DNA of 64,000 bases from an uncultured Clostridia bacterium (GTDB lineage: Bacteria > Bacillota > Clostridia > Christensenellales > UBA1242). The notes beneath the pieces are model-generated. The model had not been told where the DNA came from, made no database searches, and was given only the letters and a program-made list of their open reading frames with translations. The position numbers and the translations under genes were made by a program. The DNA lies in assembly GCA_944377365.1 (NCBI GenBank), contig CALWEQ010000003.1, positions 70,569 to 134,568 on the forward strand. Reading direction: 5' to 3'. Positions 58,312 to 64,000 of this stretch are shown here, in pieces. How positions within the stretch are numbered: position 1 is the stretch's first letter; every line of letters starts with the position of its first letter.

Positions 58312-58343
58312 AAAAAAGCCGTTGTAACTAACGGCATTTTTTT
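58312..58343 (+). terminator. Terminator after tRNA-Trp
   Basis: gccgtt (58318-23) pairs with aacggc (58330-35), followed by a T run. Confidence 0.6.
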
Positions 58344-58518
58344 AATCTAAATCATTTCATTAAATTCTTTTTATTAATCTTCAATTAAACTACTATTGAC
58401 TCAAATTTAACATTTAATAATACTTTTTTCATTATTTTAGGATAATTTTATTTAATTTATAAGAAAAAAGCAATATTTTTTAAAAATAATAAAATTGGCA
58501 CTCAATTATCGCTTTATA

Positions 58519-59283
58519 CTAACCCAACGCAACGTCCAAAATCATCATCAAAACAAAACCAAGGATTGAACCCCAAATACAAAAATTGAGATTTTTTTCA
58601 TAGCCTTCTGGCAACAATTCAGACAAAATTACCAAAAACATTGCTCCTGCTGCAAAACTGAGAACCCACGGCATAATGACACTTATGCTCGTTGCTAAGA
58701 AAAATCCCAACACTGCAGCTATTGGTTCAACAACAGCGCTGGCGACTCCATACAAAAAGCCCTTTAATTTGCTTCCTGTTGCTTCTTTCATAGGCAAAGC
58801 GACCGCTGCACCTTCTGGTATGTTTTGTATGCCCATGCCGATTGCGAGGCTAATTGCCATTGCAAACATGGCAGGATCAGCAAGCGCCCATGCACCTCCG
58901 AAAGCAACACCAACAGAAAGCCCTTCTGGAATATTATGCAAAGTCATAGCGACAAAAATCTTGCTTGATTTTTTCATCCCAATTGTTTCTTTGCCAATTT
59001 TTTTGCACAAAATGTCCATGAGAGCAATAAACCCACAACCAGCCAAAAAACCAATAGCAGCAGGCAAAAACGAAAAATCTCCATAACTTGAAGATTGGTC
59101 AATAGCAGGCAAAATCAACGACCAAATGGAGGCTGCAAGCATTATCCCAGCAGAAACTCCGTTGATGAGTGCGGAGGTTTTTAGTCCGACGTTTTTTTTG
59201 AATAAAAAAACCGCAAGTGAACCTAAAATTGTCATTAAAAATATAAAGCTAAAACCAAATATTATTTTCGAAACTTCACTCAT
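58519..59283 (-). CDS. ZIP-family divalent metal (zinc) transporter, ZupT-like
   Basis: HNIPEGLSVG and QNIPEGAAVA motifs with about 8 TM helices. Confidence 0.85.
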   Translation of the reverse strand: MSEVSKIIFGFSFIFLMTILGSLAVFLFKKNVGLKTSALINGVSAGIMLAASIWSLILPAIDQSSSYGDFSFLPAAIGFLAGCGFIALMDILCKKIGKETIGMKKSSKIFVAMTLHNIPEGLSVGVAFGGAWALADPAMFAMAISLAIGMGIQNIPEGAAVALPMKEATGSKLKGFLYGVASAVVEPIAAVLGFFLATSISVIMPWVLSFAAGAMFLVILSELLPEGYEKNLNFCIWGSILGFVLMMILDVALG

Positions 59284-59358
59284 TTTTTCCTCTTTTGCAT
59301 TTTTAACTAGCCGTAAAACCAGTCATAAACACTATATGCAAAAAAATGTGAATTTGTT

Positions 59359-60198
59359 TTAATTATAACCCAAAGCTGTCAACTTGTTTGGATTGTTTTG
59401 CCAATTTTCTTCAACTTTTACAAAAATTTTTAAATTTGACTTTTTGCCCAAAAAATCTTCTATAGACTTTCTAGCCATAGTCCCTATTTTTTTTAATGTT
59501 TGCCCGCCCTTGCCAATAATAATGCCCTTATGAGAGGCTTTAGAGCAAACAATGTCTGCCTCTATGTTTACAACGTGCCCATCTTTAAAACTTATTATTT
59601 CAACTGCTATACCATGCGGAATTTCTTGATTTAAAACCTTTAAAGTCGCTTCACGTAAATATTCGGCAACAAAAAATTTTGTCGGTTTGTCAGTAAACTC
59701 ATCTTCAGCAAACAATGGCGCTTTTGCTTTTGGCAACTTTTGAACTATGATCTCAACGAGTTTGTCTAAATTTTCGCCTGTTTCTGATGAAAATTCTATG
59801 TCAGCCAAAAAATCATTTTTGTTTTTTTTGTCACACTTACTTTTTGCGACGACAACATTCAATCCATCACTTTTCATTTTTTGTATGCTTTGGATTTCAC
59901 TCTCATCAACCTCTTTAGATGCATCTAGTAAATATAATATTACATCTGCTCCAGACTTTGCTGACCTTACATTTTTCATCATAAACTTGTCAAGGAAGCT
60001 TGACGTTTTATGTATTCCAGGCGTATCCAAAAACGCTATTTGAAAATTTTTTCCATTTGCCACACCAACAATATTTTCTCGTGTCGTTTGAGGCTTGCTT
60101 GACACAATAGCGACCTTTTCACCAACCAAGCGGTTTATAAGGGTGCTTTTTCCTGCGTTTGGCTTGCCGAGCACTGCAACATAACCAAATTTAAACAT
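59359..60198 (-). CDS. era: GTPase Era
   Basis: G1 GKPNAGKST, G3 DTPG and a KH-domain C-terminus (IIGKGGQTLKKIG). Start at the ATG at 60198 after gagagg. Confidence 0.92.
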   Translation of the reverse strand: MFKFGYVAVLGKPNAGKSTLINRLVGEKVAIVSSKPQTTRENIVGVANGKNFQIAFLDTPGIHKTSSFLDKFMMKNVRSAKSGADVILYLLDASKEVDESEIQSIQKMKSDGLNVVVAKSKCDKKNKNDFLADIEFSSETGENLDKLVEIIVQKLPKAKAPLFAEDEFTDKPTKFFVAEYLREATLKVLNQEIPHGIAVEIISFKDGHVVNIEADIVCSKASHKGIIIGKGGQTLKKIGTMARKSIEDFLGKKSNLKIFVKVEENWQNNPNKLTALGYN

Positions 60199-60664
60199 TA
60201 TCACCTCTCGTTATGCCAAATTTTTTCAGTAATTCTTCTGCAAGTCCCATCATTTCAGTTTCATCTTCTTTTTCAATATGATCAAAACCCAACAAATGCA
60301 AAAAACCGTGCAATGCCAAAAAGCATATCTCTCTTTCAATAGTATGCCCAAATTCTTTTGCTTGTTTTTTTGCTCTATGATGGCAAATCACAATGTCTCC
60401 TAAATACAACTCTTTTGAATAAGGATCACGCTCATCATCACATTCATTCAAAAAATTAAATTTTTTGCCTTCAAGCATCGGAAAAGACAAGACATCTGTT
60501 ACTTTGTCAACGTTTCTCGTCTTTTTGTTAAGAGATTTAATTTTAAAACGCGTTACAAATTCAATGCCGACCGCCACATTTTTTACGTTGTTTTTTGTTA
60601 TTTTTAATGCTTCCTCCAAAATTTTGTCATTGACTAGTTTTGGTTTGTTTGTATAAATTTTCAC
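60191..60664 (-). CDS. ybeY: rRNA maturation RNase YbeY
   Basis: HGFLHLLGFDH zinc motif. Confidence 0.9.
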   Translation of the reverse strand: MKIYTNKPKLVNDKILEEALKITKNNVKNVAVGIEFVTRFKIKSLNKKTRNVDKVTDVLSFPMLEGKKFNFLNECDDERDPYSKELYLGDIVICHHRAKKQAKEFGHTIEREICFLALHGFLHLLGFDHIEKEDETEMMGLAEELLKKFGITRGDNV

Positions 60665-61770
60665 ACATTCACCACCTTAACTGAAGCTGTAACAACATAT
60701 TTTACAGTTGTTTTGTTGCCTTCGCTGATCACTCTATAATTTTCTTCTTTTATTATCTCATAATTTTTAATATTTTGCAAGCAGTTTTCTCTTGCGAGTT
60801 CTATTTGCTTTTCAAGATTTAGTTCACTTTCAACCACTTTCGTTTCGGTTTCAAAATATTTGGTAGTAACAATTTTAAAAGGCAAAATGTTGTTTTTTGT
60901 CAAATATTCGCTCACTTTTTCTTCTTCGTACTGAGAAAATGTCGGTTGGACATTGTTGGAATAAAATTCATAGCCAAAAAGTTGCACACTAGTGTTAGAA
61001 CATGACTTGCCCGTCCTTGACGTTATCATTAATTTGGAAAAATGTTGACTTTCTCCCTCCGCCCAAACATCTAAAATAATTTCTGCCTTTGGTTGAATGT
61101 TTAATATCTCCCCTTCGCTATTTTTAACATAGCCTTCTACCAAAATTTGACCTTTTTGTATTATGTCTCCTATTTCTACTGACAACGTCCCTTGAACTAA
61201 TTCAATTTCTCGAACTATTCCATCATAACTAGAAACAATTGGAGCATACTCATCAACCATTTCAGATGGTATAATTGAGTTTTTGACATTCACCACAAGT
61301 GTCTGCCCCACGACTGCAACGCTAACAAAAGACAAATCATTAAATTCATCATTTATCATTTTTTCAATTTCATCACAATTTAGTTTGTTTTTGTTTTTTG
61401 TTGGCAAATTTTCTTCTAAAAATTGTTCGATTTCTGTATTTAAATCACCCCAAACTTCAATTCTTTCAATAAATCTTAATTGAAAAGCATAAAAAACGCT
61501 ACATAAAACAATGGCAAGCAAAACGCCATATGCTCCAATAAATCTCGAAAAGTAATAACCTGCTCCACTTGATTTTTCTTCAATTATTGTAAAATTAGCA
61601 TTCAAAATTTCGGTTTTAACTTTTTTTGCGAAGCGTCGCTCAACTTTAAACGAACAAAGCGTATTGTCCTGACGATTTATGTCAAAAATATGATATTTTT
61701 TTGAGATATTATTAAAAAATCTCTCTTGGTTTAAACCCTTAATTTTAAAATGATGAAAACTCTTTATCAT
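60661..61770 (-). CDS. yqfD: Sporulation protein YqfD-like
   Basis: N-terminal F.IKGLNQERFFNNISKK pattern, a central TM helix, ~370 aa, and yqfC-yqfD-ybeY synteny. Confidence 0.65.
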   Translation of the reverse strand: MIKSFHHFKIKGLNQERFFNNISKKYHIFDINRQDNTLCSFKVERRFAKKVKTEILNANFTIIEEKSSGAGYYFSRFIGAYGVLLAIVLCSVFYAFQLRFIERIEVWGDLNTEIEQFLEENLPTKNKNKLNCDEIEKMINDEFNDLSFVSVAVVGQTLVVNVKNSIIPSEMVDEYAPIVSSYDGIVREIELVQGTLSVEIGDIIQKGQILVEGYVKNSEGEILNIQPKAEIILDVWAEGESQHFSKLMITSRTGKSCSNTSVQLFGYEFYSNNVQPTFSQYEEEKVSEYLTKNNILPFKIVTTKYFETETKVVESELNLEKQIELARENCLQNIKNYEIIKEENYRVISEGNKTTVKYVVTASVKVVNV

Positions 61771-62024
61771 ATGGCTTCAACTCTTTTAATCTGGCCTACG
61801 ATTTTTATTGTTGTTTCGCTTAATTCAGCCAAAGACATATCTTCTCCTTCAACAGTGATCATACCACCTTTAACCTTAAAAGCAATTAATGTGTGCGAAA
61901 GCTTGCAAACACCTGTATGCCCTTCAATATACAAAATTTTACCAGACATGTTGATAAGATTGTACTTATCCACAAATTTTTCATTTTTGGCAATTTTTTT
62001 TAATTCAGAAAAAAAATTAAACAC
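61767..62024 (-). CDS. yqfC: Sporulation protein YqfC-like
   Basis: 85 aa with INMSGKILYIEGHTG...ITVEGEDMSLAELSETTIKIVGQI. Coupled to yqfD. Confidence 0.6.
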   Translation of the reverse strand: MFNFFSELKKIAKNEKFVDKYNLINMSGKILYIEGHTGVCKLSHTLIAFKVKGGMITVEGEDMSLAELSETTIKIVGQIKRVEAI

Positions 62025-62122
62025 GATTTTCTCCTGCTATATACTATTTAAAAAAAATGATTGTTAGAATAATAAGTAAAAATTAAAATTAATTATAATA
62101 AAAAAAGCAGTCATTACGACTG

Positions 62123-62671
62123 CTAAAATTTGTCATCTTCGTCTAATTTCGAATCTAAAACATTTGCAAATATTATTGCTTTCATTTCAGGAGAAAGTTG
62201 ATTTATTTGTTCTCTTATGTTTCCTTTTTGTGCAACAACTCTTCTTGAAAAATTTGTGGATGAAACAGGCATTTCTCTACGAAATCTAGCAGGTATATGC
62301 CTGCCAAATTGTGACATTGAGCGTGGCATTGTTGTATAAAAATCGGGGTGTGATTCAAAAGCCGTAGATGGCTCGTAGACCTCACCTTCAATGGTTTCTG
62401 CATCATTTAAAACCTGTGGTGCAAGGTTTTCATCAAAACTCACTTTGTCTTCTTCTTTAATTTCTTTTACAACGGCTTTTGCAGGTTCTTGTTTTTTTGC
62501 TAGTTTTTTTTGTTTTCTCTTTTCGCGAGACTCTTTTGAAAGCCATTTTAAATTTACAACTGATTTAAACTTTTGTTTAAAAAGGTTTTTTTTGGACCAA
62601 AAGTATGCAAATATGCAAATTAATAGCGCACCAATAATGATAAACACAATCCAAATCCATATTGGCAACAT
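62123..62671 (-). CDS. Membrane-anchored hypothetical protein
   Basis: N-terminal TM helix (LPIWIWIVFIIIGALLICIFAYFW) followed by a Lys/Glu-rich region. Confidence 0.4.
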   Translation of the reverse strand: MLPIWIWIVFIIIGALLICIFAYFWSKKNLFKQKFKSVVNLKWLSKESREKRKQKKLAKKQEPAKAVVKEIKEEDKVSFDENLAPQVLNDAETIEGEVYEPSTAFESHPDFYTTMPRSMSQFGRHIPARFRREMPVSSTNFSRRVVAQKGNIREQINQLSPEMKAIIFANVLDSKLDEDDKF

Positions 62672-62673
62672 GT

Positions 62674-63684
62674 TTAAACCTCCCCGTCAGCACCATCTTG
62701 TTCAATTCCTGCGATTGATGAGCGCATTGCCGTGTCCGCTTGAAGATTTTTTAATTTGTAGTAATCTAAAACTCCAAACTTGCCTGACGCAATAGCACTT
62801 GCAATAGCCTTTGGGATTTCTGCCTCTGCAGCGAGGACAGCAGCCTTCATCTCTTGCGTTTTAGCTTTATATCGTTGCTCCTCTGCCACCATGGCTGCCC
62901 TTGTTTTTTCAGCAATGGCATTTGCAATTTGACGATCTTTTTCTGCCTCATCCATCTCTAGTTTCGCGCCTAAGTTTTTTCCTATGTCAATGTCTGCGAC
63001 ATCTACTGATATGATATCAAATGCTGTCCCATCATCAAGACCCTTCCTCATAATTTCATCGCCGATAGCAGATGGATTTTCTAACAGCTCATTGTAATTT
63101 TCTGCTGCACCAATGCAACTAACTACTCCTTTGCCAACTCTTGCAATGATAGTGTCTTCGCCTGCTCCACCAACGAGTTCTCTTATGTCTGTTTTAACGG
63201 TTACGTTTACATTTATTATGACTTCAATGCCATCTTGTGCAATGGCTGCAATATTTTTAACTTCAATGATTTTAGGATTGACACACGTTTCAATCGCCTC
63301 AACAACATCGCTACCTGCAAGGTCTATTGCTTTGGCAAGTTCAACCGTCAAATCAATGCCCGCAGAATGTGCTGCTATTAGCGCTTTAATTATATTTTCA
63401 ACCCTTCCTCCTGCCATATAATGAGTTTCTAGATCAACAACATCAATTACTATTCCGCCTTTGCGAGCCATAATGTAGGAATTTATAATTTGTCGATAAT
63501 CAACCTTTCTTAACTTCATTCCAACAAGTCTCGCCATGGAAACATGAGCACCAGACACAAGAGCCACAAACCATGTTTTAATAGGCACCAAAATAAACAT
63601 TACAACTAATGCCGCTGCTAAAATACAACTTAGAACAATAAGTGCAATAATTCCGCCATCGATAGCACAGATTAAATCACGCAT
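62674..63684 (-). CDS. floA: Flotillin-like protein FloA (YqfA)
   Basis: Near-collinear with the B. subtilis FloA pattern: SGAHVSMARLVGMKLRKV..HYMAGG.VENIIKALIAA..AIDLAG.DV.EA...VNPK.IE..RELVGGAGEDTIIARVG.G. Confidence 0.88.
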   Translation of the reverse strand: MRDLICAIDGGIIALIVLSCILAAALVVMFILVPIKTWFVALVSGAHVSMARLVGMKLRKVDYRQIINSYIMARKGGIVIDVVDLETHYMAGGRVENIIKALIAAHSAGIDLTVELAKAIDLAGSDVVEAIETCVNPKIIEVKNIAAIAQDGIEVIINVNVTVKTDIRELVGGAGEDTIIARVGKGVVSCIGAAENYNELLENPSAIGDEIMRKGLDDGTAFDIISVDVADIDIGKNLGAKLEMDEAEKDRQIANAIAEKTRAAMVAEEQRYKAKTQEMKAAVLAAEAEIPKAIASAIASGKFGVLDYYKLKNLQADTAMRSSIAGIEQDGADGEV

Positions 63685-64000
63685 TTTTTTCCTCCTTAGT
63701 TTTTACAAGTATAGTGTTGTCTTTAATTTCAACAACCACTATGCTTTCGCCTTCTGCAATATTTTCACCAATTGATCGAACAGGATAGACTTTGCCTTCA
63801 ATGACTGCTCTGCCAGAAGGCTTGCAAAGAGAAGTGACTTTTCCATTTTTGCCAACAAGGTTACTTAAATTATCGGAATTTTTATAATCCTCTGGAAGAG
63901 CTGATTTTGTCTCTACAAAAGGTGTTTTTTTAAATCCACCTTTCCCCAGCCATAAAGAAAATGTAACAAATATGATAGTAAACAATAGCAAAATTAAAAA
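63677..64000 (-). CDS. NfeD-family (YqfB-like) membrane protein; the ORF is open to the window edge
   Basis: C-terminal OB-like GRAVIEGKVYPVRSIGENIAEGESIVVVEIKDNTILV and coupling to floA. The reading frame stays open through 64000, so the true start may lie outside the window. Confidence 0.6.
   Translation of the reverse strand, partial: FLILLLFTIIFVTFSLWLGKGGFKKTPFVETKSALPEDYKNSDNLSNLVGKNGKVTSLCKPSGRAVIEGKVYPVRSIGENIAEGESIVVVEIKDNTILVKTKEEKNA

Overview
AT-rich, very gene-dense chromosomal window of a low-GC Firmicutes (Bacillota)-type genome, mostly transcribed on the minus strand. Local gene order resembles Bacillus/Clostridium: gpr-rpsT, topA-trmFO-hslV-hslU, and floA(yqfA)-nfeD(yqfB) ... 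yqfC-yqfD-ybeY-era. Sporulation-associated genes (gpr-like, yqfC, yqfD) and a long Alu-containing SRP RNA suggest a spore-former lineage. Most of the window is housekeeping: the N-terminus of gyrB/parE, murG, groES/EL, murI, rpsT, rlmH, tadA, pepF, ileS with an Ile T-box leader, SRP RNA, nifS/nifU, trx, dprA, comM, rplS and tRNA-Trp. Several convergent gene pairs overlap at their 3' ends, which points to a compact genome. The non-core content is as follows. (1) A ~7.5 kb phage-derived module (about 10.5-18.0 kb) has portal, scaffold, major capsid, several structural ORFs and two holin-type genes. It has no large terminase, tail fibre, endolysin or integrase, and its 5' end looks truncated. (2) A 1538-aa membrane-anchored GLUG-repeat surface protein is built from three ~425-aa macro-repeats and contains a 240-bp intragenic duplication at 234/240 identity. 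(3) Two compact intergenic elements each fold as an outer stem enclosing three hairpins; one lies just upstream of the giant gene and the other upstream of a Cys/Pro-rich small ORF. (4) A single-gene HEPN(Rx4H)-CBS fusion lies between the ileS leader and the SRP RNA. (5) Smaller oddities include a degenerate ABC ATPase, a tandem pair of CPBP proteases, a short TrmFO-like protein, a DnaD-like protein with a C-terminal zinc ribbon, and an uncharacterised membrane operon containing a LURP-one-like gene. I saw no CRISPR array, IS element, transposase, integrase or rRNA. All calls come from reading the supplied translations and the DNA by eye; no searches or computations were run.
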